Source: an uncultured Flavobacteriaceae bacterium (GTDB taxonomy: Bacteria > Bacteroidota > Bacteroidia > NS11-12g > UBA955). From it: DNA of 59,177 bases. Of this stretch, positions 38,030 to 47,451 are shown piece after piece. Positions within the stretch are counted from its first letter, which is position 1; each line of letters begins with the position of its first letter. Made by a program: the position numbers and the translations under genes. The notes beneath the pieces are model-generated. The model searched no databases. It was not told the origin of the DNA and saw nothing but the letters and a program-made list of their open reading frames with translations. The stretch covers positions 1-59,177 of the forward strand of contig CAZKOM010000001.1 in NCBI GenBank assembly GCA_964554385.1, written 5' to 3'.

Positions 38030-38326
38030 TTAAAATGGTCCGCGAATGACAATTTGGGAAATAGCCGTCGGTTTTGATTCAAATAAAACCTTTGTCTTAG
38101 ACCAAGTGTCAATAAATAATTCCGATTTCCTATAATTATTTAAATCGGATTCAGAGTCCCAATAACTATATGTAGTTAGTTGATTGGGCTGTTTTAGATT
38201 TTGTAGTAACCGCAAACCCTGATTACCAGGAAATGAACGTATTTTACCAGAAGAAGCATCAAATAGGCTAAGGAATGTATCAATTTCCTCCTCTCTGAAT
38301 GTCATAATTACTATTCTTTCAATCAT
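38030..38326 (-). CDS. ABM/Dabb-like small alpha+beta barrel protein
   Basis: 98 aa with a pattern typical of antibiotic-biosynthesis-monooxygenase-like domains (IVIMTFREEEIDTFLSLF...YSYWDSESDL). ATGA overlap with the upstream gene. Family assignment is tentative. Confidence 0.5.
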   Translation of the reverse strand: MIERIVIMTFREEEIDTFLSLFDASSGKIRSFPGNQGLRLLQNLKQPNQLTTYSYWDSESDLNNYRKSELFIDTWSKTKVLFESKPTAISQIVIRGPF

Positions 38327-39117
38327 GAATTATCAATAAATTCTAACATTACGTTTTTACCTTCTAGTAATTCCAATAATTGAGCAGCAGATCCGGCATT
38401 GACCGCTACTTGCATCAACCCTCCATGTCCAAAAGTGCATATGGGATTTCCTTCTGGAACATCGTTATAGTCTAAACTTAACCGGTTGATTTCCGTGTAG
38501 TGATTTATCATTAGCCTGAATTTTCGCTGATTTCTCAATAATTCGAAATCACGATAATTTAAATTAAAATAGGCATTGCCAAAAAAATCATTGTAGATCA
38601 CCGTTAGCCGTAAAACATTACCGGAAATAGTAGGCTCAGGCATATTAACGCGATAAACCGAATCTTTTGGTTGAAAAATGGTTTTTACATCGTAATCGCG
38701 CTGAATTAGGGAAGATACTGCAGGTATAAAAACTTGCAACAAAGGATTAACTACGGGTTCCGTTGGAGTAATTTGAAAATATGTGGCATTCTCACCTGCA
38801 GGATCATCAAAAAGCAATGGCAAAACCCCATTATCTGGTGCTAAAAAAAACTGATTTCCATAACAGCCAAGTACAAATCTTGGAGGTAATTTGGCCAATA
38901 TACCCACCCGCAGTATATGAATACTGTTATCAGGGAAATGCCCACATACTAGCTTTCCAAAAATCGCTTGTTGCAAAGCATGTCCCTTTCGAAATGGTTG
39001 TGGACTAAATACAACGGAAGCAGTAGGGAAATTCTTATATAATTGAATTTGAGATATGGTATGTTCAGGGGCTTCAAATCCAAAATCTGTAATTAAATGT
39101 ATAATCGCATTACCCAT
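38323..39117 (-). CDS. SAM hydrolase / SAM-dependent halogenase family protein (DUF62)
   Basis: N-terminal IHLITDFG motif. The size and two-domain layout are typical of S-adenosyl-L-methionine hydroxide adenosyltransferases. Confidence 0.7.
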   Translation of the reverse strand: MGNAIIHLITDFGFEAPEHTISQIQLYKNFPTASVVFSPQPFRKGHALQQAIFGKLVCGHFPDNSIHILRVGILAKLPPRFVLGCYGNQFFLAPDNGVLPLLFDDPAGENATYFQITPTEPVVNPLLQVFIPAVSSLIQRDYDVKTIFQPKDSVYRVNMPEPTISGNVLRLTVIYNDFFGNAYFNLNYRDFELLRNQRKFRLMINHYTEINRLSLDYNDVPEGNPICTFGHGGLMQVAVNAGSAAQLLELLEGKNVMLEFIDNS

Positions 39118-39145
39118 GAATTCCCCGTTTATTCTATTCCCTTTG

Positions 39146-39153
39146 CAAATATA
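39146..39153 (-). promoter_or_regulatory. -7 box TATATTTG, 28 nt upstream of the DUF62 ATG
   Basis: The minus strand reads aataggTATATTTGcaaagggaatag...ATG. Confidence 0.45.
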
Positions 39154-39226
39154 CCTATTAATTTTTGGTGGAAAAGTCTTGTAAAACGGGATGGCTATAA
39201 TCTTCTACACTTTCTTTCATAGCACC

Positions 39227-39234
39227 TATCTTTG
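39227..39234 (+). promoter_or_regulatory. -7 box TATCTTTG, 19 nt upstream of the phoH TTG start
   Basis: agcaccTATCTTTGaaatataaacattttaaaTTG. Confidence 0.45.
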
Positions 39235-39253
39235 AAATATAAACATTTTAAAT

Positions 39254-40228
39254 TTGTCTGAAAAAATTTATACCCTGGAGGTTATCGATCCTCAAACATT
39301 TTACGGTCCTAATAATTTGTATTTGGATTTAATAAAATCGAGATTTCCGAAGTTGCAATTCCTTGCCCGTGGTGAGCAAATAAAAATTGTAGGCGATATT
39401 CAGTCCTTGGAAGATTTTGGTGAAAAAATGCGCTCTATGGAAATTCTATTTGCCAAAAGAAATGAGTTTAATGAGCAGTTAATATTAGAAGCACTGGGCG
39501 GAATCGACCCTGTTTCTGCAGTATTAGGTAAACCTAATGAGGATGATTCTAAAGATGTTTTGCTCATTGGAACACGAGGTCAAAAGATTAAGGCGAGAAC
39601 CAAAAATCAACGGAAAATGTTGGATGCGGCGAAAAAGAATGACATCGTTTTTGCTATTGGCCCCGCTGGAACCGGAAAAACCTATACGGCAGTGGCAATT
39701 GCCGTTTTAGCATTAAAAGAAAGGGAAATTCGACGAATAATTTTAACAAGACCCGCAGTGGAAGCGGGGGAGAATCTTGGTTTTTTACCAGGAGATTTAA
39801 AAGAGAAGATCGATCCATATCTAAGACCTTTATATGATGCCTTAGAAGACATGATTCCATCCGATAAATTGAAGAGTATGGTAGAATCTCGTACTGTGGA
39901 AATCGCACCATTGGCTTTTATGCGAGGTAGAACCTTGGACAATTGTTACGTTATTTTGGATGAAGCTCAAAATAGCACGGATTTACAATTAAAGATGTTT
40001 TTGACGCGAATGGGCCCAAATGCAAAATTGATAATTACTGGCGATTTATCGCAAATTGACCTACCAAGAAAACAAATGAGCGGTTTGGGTAAAGCATTGC
40101 GTATCCTAGATAATATAAAAGGTATTAGTATAATTCAGTTAGATACTGATGATGTAGTGAGGCATCGATTAGTCAAAGATATTATACAGGCATACGACAA
40201 AGAAGCTGATTGTGAAAAAGATAGATGA
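39254..40228 (+). CDS. phoH: PhoH family ATPase
   Basis: Walker A GPAGTGKTY, Walker B VILDEAQN, and family segment ITGDLSQIDLP. TTG start; there is no in-frame ATG nearby. Confidence 0.92.
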   Translation: MSEKIYTLEVIDPQTFYGPNNLYLDLIKSRFPKLQFLARGEQIKIVGDIQSLEDFGEKMRSMEILFAKRNEFNEQLILEALGGIDPVSAVLGKPNEDDSKDVLLIGTRGQKIKARTKNQRKMLDAAKKNDIVFAIGPAGTGKTYTAVAIAVLALKEREIRRIILTRPAVEAGENLGFLPGDLKEKIDPYLRPLYDALEDMIPSDKLKSMVESRTVEIAPLAFMRGRTLDNCYVILDEAQNSTDLQLKMFLTRMGPNAKLIITGDLSQIDLPRKQMSGLGKALRILDNIKGISIIQLDTDDVVRHRLVKDIIQAYDKEADCEKDR

Positions 40229-40248
40229 TTTAAATGTTAAATAGCTAT

Positions 40249-40256
40249 TATTTTTG
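40249..40256 (+). promoter_or_regulatory. -7 box TATTTTTG, 6 nt upstream of the purC ATG
   Basis: agctatTATTTTTGaattgtATG. purC lies only 34 nt after phoH, so co-transcription with phoH is also possible. Confidence 0.35.
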
Positions 40257-40262
40257 AATTGT

Positions 40263-41219
40263 ATGAGCGAATTAAAAGCATTAACGGCAACAAACTATTT
40301 CTTTAAAAATCAAATCGCTTTCTATCGGGGTAAAGTTCGCGATGTCTATCATTTAAATAAAGGTTTTTTGGCAATTGTAGCATGCGATCGTATTTCTGCG
40401 TTTGATCATGTATTGCCAAGAAGTATACCATTTAAAGGCCAAGTATTGAATGAAATTGCATCCCTGTTTTTAAAGCAAACCGCTGATATTGTTCCTAATT
40501 GGTTAATCGAAACACCAGATCCACATGTCTCCTTTGGATACAAAGCGGATGCGATCGCTATTGAATTTGTTGTAAGAAACTATTTAACCGGTCATGCTTG
40601 GCGTGTTTACAAAGAAGGGGGTAGGATGTTATGCGGGAATAAACTTCCCGATGGATTAAAGGAAAATGATAAACTTCCACAACCCATTATTACCCCTTCC
40701 ACTAAAGCGCATACGGGTCACGATGTGGATATTTCTTATTCCGAAATTATAGAACAAGGAATTGTTGAAAAGTCTAAACTCGATGAATTGAATGAAATTG
40801 CCCTTCAGTTATTTAAGCGTGGTTCAGAATACGCCGATAACCAAAATCTCATTTTAGTTGATACTAAATACGAATTCGGAATCAGAGATAATGCAATAAT
40901 GTTGATTGATGAAATTCACACCCCGGATAGTAGTAGATTTTTCTATAAAGAAAGTTATCAAGACTTGCAACAAAAAGGGTTACCCCAACGTCAATTAAGT
41001 AAAGAATTTGTACGAGAATGGTTGATGGCTAATGGATTTCAAGGCAAAGAAGGCGAATTGATACCAACATTAACGGACGAATTTGTTAATAGCATTACGG
41101 ATCGATATGAAGAATTGTACAAAGCAATGGCAGGAAGAGAAATCCAACGACGTTCGTATCAAAATATCGACGATGAAATTGAAGCCAATATTAATCTCTG
41201 CATTTCTAAATACTTGTAA
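40263..41219 (+). CDS. purC: Phosphoribosylaminoimidazole-succinocarboxamide synthase (long form)
   Basis: GKVRDVY, ACDRISAFD, LVDTKYEFG and IDEIHTPDSSRF motifs. The start is taken at the ATG at 40263. Confidence 0.93.
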   Translation: MSELKALTATNYFFKNQIAFYRGKVRDVYHLNKGFLAIVACDRISAFDHVLPRSIPFKGQVLNEIASLFLKQTADIVPNWLIETPDPHVSFGYKADAIAIEFVVRNYLTGHAWRVYKEGGRMLCGNKLPDGLKENDKLPQPIITPSTKAHTGHDVDISYSEIIEQGIVEKSKLDELNEIALQLFKRGSEYADNQNLILVDTKYEFGIRDNAIMLIDEIHTPDSSRFFYKESYQDLQQKGLPQRQLSKEFVREWLMANGFQGKEGELIPTLTDEFVNSITDRYEELYKAMAGREIQRRSYQNIDDEIEANINLCISKYL

Positions 41220-41220
41220 A

Positions 41221-43077
41221 ATGAAATTTAAATTAGGTTTATCTGTTTTTAGTCTCTGGACAATATTCCAAATAAATTCAGTATGTGCTCAGACGGTCAC
41301 TACAGTTTTGGGTAGTCAATATCAGGGAAGCGGACAATACACAGGCCAATCAAATGTGGCAACAGCCGATGAATTATTAAGTCTTCCAGAAGGCGTTTGC
41401 GTAGATGTTAATGGAAAATTGTTTGTATCGGATCAACATAATTTATGTGTGATTGATGGAGGTAGATCTATTGGAAGAGGTGGATTTATGGGAGATCCAA
41501 ATGAGCCCGGTGCTGTTGGTTCAGATGATGGAACGGGTATTGTTTCTCGATTTAGTTCACCTACCGGTATCGCAGCCCATCCTTCCAGTAATGATATTTT
41601 TGTTTGCGATCGTGATAATGGAATGATTCGTAAATCCAGTAAATTCGTTAATGTTTCAAACCCTGCCGTAGTTTCATGGGTTGCGGGTCAATATACCTTC
41701 GAAGGCGATCATAAAGATGGCGCAGCTTCTGCAGCATATTTTGCAGCTCCTCAAGATATTGAAATAAATTCTAAAGGTGTGATAATTGTAAGCGATTTTG
41801 GAAATGATTGTATACGATTGATCAAATCCGGAATTGTAAGTACTGTTGCAGGTTTGGCTAAAACACCAGGGGATGCTACAGGAACAGGCACATCTGCTCG
41901 TTTCGATGCTCCATATGGAATTGGCTTAGAAAATGACAGTATTGTATTGATTGCCGATCGAAATAATAAGAAAATCAAACGCCTTAATATTAATTCAGGG
42001 GTAGTAACAAATGTGGTGACTTCCGGATTGGATATGCCTACCGATGTGGTTTTTGCAAAAGGTAAATTATATATAGCCGATGGAAACTGCATTCGTGTAT
42101 GGGATGGCTCTAATTTAAAAGTATATATTGGAAGTGATGTTCAAGCTGGTTATAAAGATGGTACGGGTTCAGGGGTATTGTTTAATACTATCAATCATTT
42201 AACATTTAGGAATTCCGATGAATCAATCTATGCTGTTGATATGGGCAATAATGTGTTGCGAAAAATCACTTTGGTAGATGCTCCAGTTCCATCTTTTGAA
42301 GCGAATAACGTTACACCTGTGGTTAATCAAACCGTAGAAATCAAAAGTACTTCCACCAATACCACTAGTCAAACTTGGACTATCACTCCTTCAAGTTACA
42401 CCTTGAAAGCGGGGTCGTTGGATACCGATAAAGTTATATATGTATCGTTTAATTCTACAGGTACTTATACCGTTTCATTAAAGGCTACTAATATTTCAAG
42501 TTCTGAAGTAATCACAAAAAACAATTATATCAGTGTTTCGAATATCACAACAGTTAAACCCAATGCCGACTTCACCGCTGATATAATAAATCCATTAAAA
42601 GATCAAGCAGTACGGTTGGTCGATTTGTCATCTAACAATCCCACCTCTTACAACTGGACAATTACTCCAAATACCATTACGTTTTTAAATGGTACAACGG
42701 CAACATCTCAGTTTCCAGTAATCAAGTGCAATGCACTAGGAAGTTACACCGTAAAATTAGAAGCAACCAATGCTAACGGAACTGGAACGGTTACTAAGAA
42801 TCAGTATATCAATTGTGTAGTAAATAGCGTTGATCATAAAATTAACAATTCAACTGTAATTTCAGTTTATCCAAATCCTGCTCAGAACTACGTATATCTT
42901 CAAGGAATTCAAGAAATTACTTCGTTAAATGTTTTCAATATGTATGGGTCTATATTACCGGTAAATTTCGTAGGGAATAAAATTGATCTAAGTAACTTAT
43001 CTTCGGGTATATATTGGATACATGGAATCGATACAAATCAAAGAATTTTCAAATCCAAGGTGATAGTATCTAGATAG
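41221..43077 (+). CDS. Secreted NHL-repeat beta-propeller / 2x PKD protein with T9SS type-A sorting domain
   Basis: The real start is ATG 41221 (MKFKLGLSVFSLWTIFQINSVCAQ); the ORF-track N-terminal extension overlaps purC. NHL-like repeats (PEGVCVD...LFVSD, PTGIAAH...IFVCD, PQDIEIN...IIVSD, PYGIGLE...LIADR, PTDVVFA..LYIAD). Two PKD-like domains (GTYTVSLKATN, GSYTVKLEATN). CTD VYPNPAQNYVYLQG...GIYWIHG. Confidence 0.88.
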   Translation: MKFKLGLSVFSLWTIFQINSVCAQTVTTVLGSQYQGSGQYTGQSNVATADELLSLPEGVCVDVNGKLFVSDQHNLCVIDGGRSIGRGGFMGDPNEPGAVGSDDGTGIVSRFSSPTGIAAHPSSNDIFVCDRDNGMIRKSSKFVNVSNPAVVSWVAGQYTFEGDHKDGAASAAYFAAPQDIEINSKGVIIVSDFGNDCIRLIKSGIVSTVAGLAKTPGDATGTGTSARFDAPYGIGLENDSIVLIADRNNKKIKRLNINSGVVTNVVTSGLDMPTDVVFAKGKLYIADGNCIRVWDGSNLKVYIGSDVQAGYKDGTGSGVLFNTINHLTFRNSDESIYAVDMGNNVLRKITLVDAPVPSFEANNVTPVVNQTVEIKSTSTNTTSQTWTITPSSYTLKAGSLDTDKVIYVSFNSTGTYTVSLKATNISSSEVITKNNYISVSNITTVKPNADFTADIINPLKDQAVRLVDLSSNNPTSYNWTITPNTITFLNGTTATSQFPVIKCNALGSYTVKLEATNANGTGTVTKNQYINCVVNSVDHKINNSTVISVYPNPAQNYVYLQGIQEITSLNVFNMYGSILPVNFVGNKIDLSNLSSGIYWIHGIDTNQRIFKSKVIVSR

Positions 43078-43112
43078 TATCATTCAATTCAATACTATTT
43101 AATCATAGTGAT

Positions 43113-45080
43113 TTGGTTTTAAAAAGATATTTTTTATCAATACCACAAGGCATCAAATTTCAATTTGGTGCCTTTTTGTTAATTTATGTTTTTGAAATAG
43201 TACTAAGATTAATTTTTGTATTCTTTTCATTTGAACTACATACTGTACCCTATGTAATGTATCATTCTACAATATTGGGGTTCCCGCTAGATTTATCAGT
43301 CACCGGATATTTGATGATTTTTCTAAATATCGTATTAGTAATTCGGAAATTTGGTGTTTCAAAAAAACTAAAATGGCCTTGGATTCAATGGGTTTGCTTA
43401 AAATCATATACTTGGGCAATTCGCTTAGTTTTCATGTTACATGTTATTATTCTCATTACAGATATTTTCTTGTTTCATTATTGGCAATGGAGAATAAATT
43501 CTCAGGCAATTATGTACTTATCTAATTGGAAAATTATTTTAAAAACACTGCCTTCATTTGTATTTGTAGGAATAGCGTTAATTCTCGGTGTGATTTTATT
43601 TGTTATTTTTCATCGTCCTCGGATTTCCCCTATAGTTTTAATTGAAAAAAAAACGCAATTATCGGTTTTTAATCTATGCCTATTGCCCTTGTACTTTATT
43701 TTTGCAAGAGGCGGAATTTCTGACACACCAATTAATTTAGGTTCTGTATTAAAAGAAGGTAGCCTATCTGTTAAAGTATCTTCTATCAATGGTGTTTGGA
43801 ATGCCTTAAATTCTTTATCAAATACAACTTCACTGTTTTCAATTAATAAACTGTTGGTGGATGAAAAAAATGAAGAAGATGCATATAAACGGTATAATCC
43901 AAATTATCACTGGTCCGATTCCCTAATATCAACCAAAGTAAAATCGTTTTGGCTTAATGATTATAACTCTAAGCCCAATGTTCATCTAATTATTTTAGAA
44001 GGAATTAATCAGCACTGGTTGGAACGAAAAAATACACCCTTAATTCAATTGAAGAAATTGAGCGCGAATTTTTTAAGTTTTTCCAAATGTTATGCGGTAG
44101 GGGATAGAACGGATAAAGGGTTGGCCTCCATAGTTGCAGGGTGGTCTGGAGAACCTGGACCGGGAATTATGTTTTCACCGGATCGTTGGAATAACTTACA
44201 GGGATTGCCCAATATATTAAAATCAAGCAACTATACTTCTGAATTTTGGTATGGTGGGGATAATGATTTTGCAAATTATGGTGCCTTTTTAAAAACAATG
44301 GGTTATAATAATCTCTATGACATCAATTTTATTGATGATGTCAATATTAATAATTATCAAAATAACAATAATACATCAATCAGTCTAACACACCCTAAAA
44401 AAATCAAATGGGGGTACTCCGATATTTCAACCGCAGAGTTTATGATTAATTCAAATCAAAAAAATAAACAACTCGGGTTTTCAAAAACTTCAGCAACTAG
44501 GCCATTATTTAGAACTTGGTTAACATTGTCAACACATGAACCGTTTGATATTGTCGGTGATTTAGCCCGTAAATCAGACAAACAGTTATTTGTATCATCC
44601 ATGAAGCATTTGGATTCTGCAATTTTTAATTACATAAGTTCATTATCAGAAGATGCGGATCTATGGGAAAATAGTCTAGTCATAATTGTATCTGATCATG
44701 GTAAAGTTTTTGGTTTGGAAGATTTACCTTGGTCAGAGGCTGAATTTTTTAGAATCCCATTATTAATTGGTGGGGGAGCATTAAATGAAAAATTGATTGG
44801 TAAAAAATGGAATTCAATTGTCAGCCAATCAGACTTGTATGCCACTTTGTCTTATTTACTGACAGACAATAGTTTCGGATCAAATAAACCTTGGGGGCGA
44901 CCTATGTTTAATTTCAATGGTTTTAACCAGGCAATGTGTTTTAAAGGAGATTATTCCTTATTGATTGAGGGCGATCATGAAAATTTAGGTCATATTCAAG
45001 AATTCGCTAATTCAATGAATTACATTGAGTTACAAAGGAAATCGTTGCAATCAAAAATAATTCGAAAATATTTTCGTTAA
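43113..45080 (+). CDS. LTA-synthase-family membrane sulfatase/phosphotransferase (alkaline-phosphatase superfamily)
   Basis: TTG start. About 5 N-terminal TM helices. The extracytoplasmic domain has sulfatase-type motifs (GDRTDKGLASIVAG, IIVSDHG). Confidence 0.7.
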   Translation: MVLKRYFLSIPQGIKFQFGAFLLIYVFEIVLRLIFVFFSFELHTVPYVMYHSTILGFPLDLSVTGYLMIFLNIVLVIRKFGVSKKLKWPWIQWVCLKSYTWAIRLVFMLHVIILITDIFLFHYWQWRINSQAIMYLSNWKIILKTLPSFVFVGIALILGVILFVIFHRPRISPIVLIEKKTQLSVFNLCLLPLYFIFARGGISDTPINLGSVLKEGSLSVKVSSINGVWNALNSLSNTTSLFSINKLLVDEKNEEDAYKRYNPNYHWSDSLISTKVKSFWLNDYNSKPNVHLIILEGINQHWLERKNTPLIQLKKLSANFLSFSKCYAVGDRTDKGLASIVAGWSGEPGPGIMFSPDRWNNLQGLPNILKSSNYTSEFWYGGDNDFANYGAFLKTMGYNNLYDINFIDDVNINNYQNNNNTSISLTHPKKIKWGYSDISTAEFMINSNQKNKQLGFSKTSATRPLFRTWLTLSTHEPFDIVGDLARKSDKQLFVSSMKHLDSAIFNYISSLSEDADLWENSLVIIVSDHGKVFGLEDLPWSEAEFFRIPLLIGGGALNEKLIGKKWNSIVSQSDLYATLSYLLTDNSFGSNKPWGRPMFNFNGFNQAMCFKGDYSLLIEGDHENLGHIQEFANSMNYIELQRKSLQSKIIRKYFR

Positions 45081-45151
45081 TACATGTAACAAAATGTCTT
45101 GTAATGTTGTCTATGTAATAAATGGCATCCATTTTGTTAAATTAAATTGTC

Positions 45152-45376
45152 ATGAACAAGAGAACCAAGAACATACTCATTATTGTCTTACTTCTACTTG
45201 TAAATATTGTAGGTTTTTATATCGCCAATAGTTATTTTACTGGCTCCTACTGTGATAACTGCGAAACTGCAAAAAGTGTATTTTCCGATTGGTTCGGTAC
45301 TAAAGCTACATTGGAACAAACTGCGAAGTGGATTGACTCTTTTGCGAATTTATTGAGGATTTTTAAAGGGGTTTAA
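45152..45376 (+). CDS. Small single-pass membrane protein with CxxC motif; unknown function
   Basis: 74 aa. N-terminal anchor (NILIIVLLLLVNIVGFYIA) followed by a ~45-aa soluble tail containing YCDNCE. It ends 7 nt before the LytS-type kinase gene. Confidence 0.55.
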   Translation: MNKRTKNILIIVLLLLVNIVGFYIANSYFTGSYCDNCETAKSVFSDWFGTKATLEQTAKWIDSFANLLRIFKGV

Positions 45377-45383
45377 AGTAAAG

Positions 45384-46442
45384 TTGGTAGAACAAATCGA
45401 CCAATTAATAGACAATGTAAAAACCTTTGTATTAAGGTATAAATTATATCATTTATTTTTCTGGGCTATTTATTTGATCTCGGCGGCTCTAATCTTACCC
45501 GTTTCAAATAACATTGGAATTACTGTAATTAAACAGTTACCAATATTTGTATTACATGCAATTGTAGTTTATGTTAATTTCAATATCCTGATTCCCCGGT
45601 TTTTATTGGTTAGAAACTATTTGTATTATGTTGTAGGAGTTGTATTATTGGTGTTTTCGGTTACCTTTCCAATTGCAATTATTATACATACGATAATTGA
45701 AAATCATGAATTTCAGTCCATGGTTTGGTCACCAATTTTCTTGTATTTGCTAGCATTAAGTGTTTTGTTCTCTGTAATACTCACCATGTTGTTAAAATTT
45801 TTAAAACAATGGTATGAAGATCAACGAATAAGCAGAGAATTAACCAAAGTACAATTGGAAACGGAATTGAAGTTTTTAAAAGCCCAAATAAATCCACATT
45901 TCTTGTTTAACTCTTTGAATAATTTATATGCATTAACCTTAAAAAAATCTGATTTAGCACCTGAAGTTGTTTTGCGACTTAGTGATATTCTTCGATATGT
46001 ATTATATGATACTAATTTAGGTTCGGTTGATATTCAAAAGGAATTGTCACATTTACGTGATTTTATTGAATTAGAGAAAATACGATTAGGGGATAGAGTA
46101 AAAATTACTGTAGACTTGGTTGAGCCTCCGGTTGATATGAATATTGAGCCAATGCTATACCTTACTTTGTTAGAAAACGCCTTCAAACATGGATCAAATG
46201 GATTAACGGATGAGGCATGGGTAAGTGTTCATGGATTCCCAACGTTAGACGGATATTCGATGAAAATAGAAAATTCGATAACCAAAGGAATAGTTAAATT
46301 AAATTCGGATATCGGCGGAATTGGTTTGGAGAATTTAAAAAAACGATTGACATTAACCTATGGAGATAATTTCAATTTGAAAATCAATCATTTAGAAGAC
46401 TCCTATTCTGTATTACTAGATATAAAATTAATAAATAAATAG
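45384..46442 (+). CDS. LytS-type sensor histidine kinase (membrane domain + His_kinase + HATPase)
   Basis: Four predicted TM helices with no sizeable outside loop. His_kinase motif LKAQINPHFLFNSLNNLYAL. ATPase motifs LENAFKHG and GGIGLENLKKRL. TTG start. Confidence 0.88.
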   Translation: MVEQIDQLIDNVKTFVLRYKLYHLFFWAIYLISAALILPVSNNIGITVIKQLPIFVLHAIVVYVNFNILIPRFLLVRNYLYYVVGVVLLVFSVTFPIAIIIHTIIENHEFQSMVWSPIFLYLLALSVLFSVILTMLLKFLKQWYEDQRISRELTKVQLETELKFLKAQINPHFLFNSLNNLYALTLKKSDLAPEVVLRLSDILRYVLYDTNLGSVDIQKELSHLRDFIELEKIRLGDRVKITVDLVEPPVDMNIEPMLYLTLLENAFKHGSNGLTDEAWVSVHGFPTLDGYSMKIENSITKGIVKLNSDIGGIGLENLKKRLTLTYGDNFNLKINHLEDSYSVLLDIKLINK

Positions 46443-46444
46443 CT

Positions 46445-47173
46445 ATGAATTCTAACATCAAATGTGTTTTAATTGAGGATGAACCATTAGCACAGGAAGT
46501 TCTTCAAGCGCATATAAGTAATCACCCCCAATTTGAGATAATTCAGATTTTCAATAATGGAATAGATGCAAAAAATTGGTTGATAGAAAATGAGGATATC
46601 CCTGATGTAGTGTTTACAGATATCGAAATGCCAGGATTAAATGGTTTAGAACTTACACGCGGACAATATCCAGCCCCTTATGCCATTATTTTCACTACCG
46701 CGCATCCAAATTTTGCTACTGATGCATTTGAAATTGAAGCACTGGATTATTTACTGAAACCAATTGCTCCAGATCGTTTTTCTAAGGCGATCAAGAGAAT
46801 TGAAGAATACGTGGCATTGAAAAAGAATGTAGATAAAGAAAGTAGTTTAGATAAGGACTTCATATTCATTAAAGTAGATGGTCAACATCAGAAAGTGTAT
46901 TACAGCGATATTTATTTTGTTGAAGCATTTGCTGATTATGTAAAAATTTGGTTGTCGTCTGACAAAAGAATTGTTACGCTTCAAACCATGAGGAATATGG
47001 AAAATGCTCTGCCCAAATCAAATTTTTTAAGAATCCACAGAAGTTATATCGTGGCTTTGGATAAAATCGAGAGCATTCAAAATTCTAACTTATTGCTAGC
47101 CGGAAAACAATTACCCATCGGGAAAAATTACAAGGATGCGGTATTGGAATTAGTTAATAAGTCAAGACTCTAG
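46445..47173 (+). CDS. LytTR-family response regulator
   Basis: Receiver domain (CVLIEDE, VVFTDIEMPGLNG, LLKP) and LytTR DNA-binding domain (FLRIHRSYIVAL). It starts 2 nt after the kinase stop. Confidence 0.92.
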   Translation: MNSNIKCVLIEDEPLAQEVLQAHISNHPQFEIIQIFNNGIDAKNWLIENEDIPDVVFTDIEMPGLNGLELTRGQYPAPYAIIFTTAHPNFATDAFEIEALDYLLKPIAPDRFSKAIKRIEEYVALKKNVDKESSLDKDFIFIKVDGQHQKVYYSDIYFVEAFADYVKIWLSSDKRIVTLQTMRNMENALPKSNFLRIHRSYIVALDKIESIQNSNLLLAGKQLPIGKNYKDAVLELVNKSRL

Positions 47174-47321
47174 AAATTGTGATTTTTTCAAGACAATTCC
47201 ATGACAATCAATGGCCTAGAATTGCTAAATTTTGTATCTTTTTCTGTCACCTATATGTAAAAAATAATTTTCCAAAACAAGTTGTATTTAATTTTAAGTA
47301 ACTGAATATCAATTTTTTATA

Positions 47322-47333
47322 ACACAATTGTGT
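47322..47333. promoter_or_regulatory. Perfect 12-bp palindrome ACACAATTGTGT, candidate operator upstream of the HTH gene
   Basis: It lies in the 278-bp AT-rich intergenic region, 118 nt upstream of the HTH start. Related half-sites AATTGT/ACAATT recur at about 47176 and 47193. Confidence 0.3.
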
Positions 47334-47451
47334 GTAGCATTTTGGAATATTGTTTGTTCGCTTGAACAATAAGGTAAAATATTTGGTTATGAATTAAGTT
47401 AATAATGTCAACAACCTAAACCAATTATTCTGCAACCTAATCGAATGTATC

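Noticed and set aside
41083-41220. N-terminal extension of the NHL/PKD protein ORF overlapping the purC 3' end
   Set aside because: The extension has no signal peptide and overlaps conserved purC coding sequence. A canonical signal peptide begins at ATG 41221, one nucleotide after the purC stop.
43645-43653. A9 homopolymers inside coding genes (43645-43653 in the LTA-synthase-like gene; 54619-54627 at SDR codons 2-5), considered as phase-variation switches
   Set aside because: Both encode KKK with AAA codons, which is common in an AT-rich genome. Unlike the dnaX tract, they do not fall at a domain boundary and have no meaningful out-of-frame product.
47201-47260. 19-codon ORF (MTINGLELLNFVSFSVTYM) just downstream of the LytTR regulator, considered as a possible peptide pheromone or bacteriocin precursor
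   Set aside because: It has no double-glycine or other leader motif, no adjacent processing or export genes, and no clear promoter or RBS. An ORF of this length is expected by chance in AT-rich spacer DNA.
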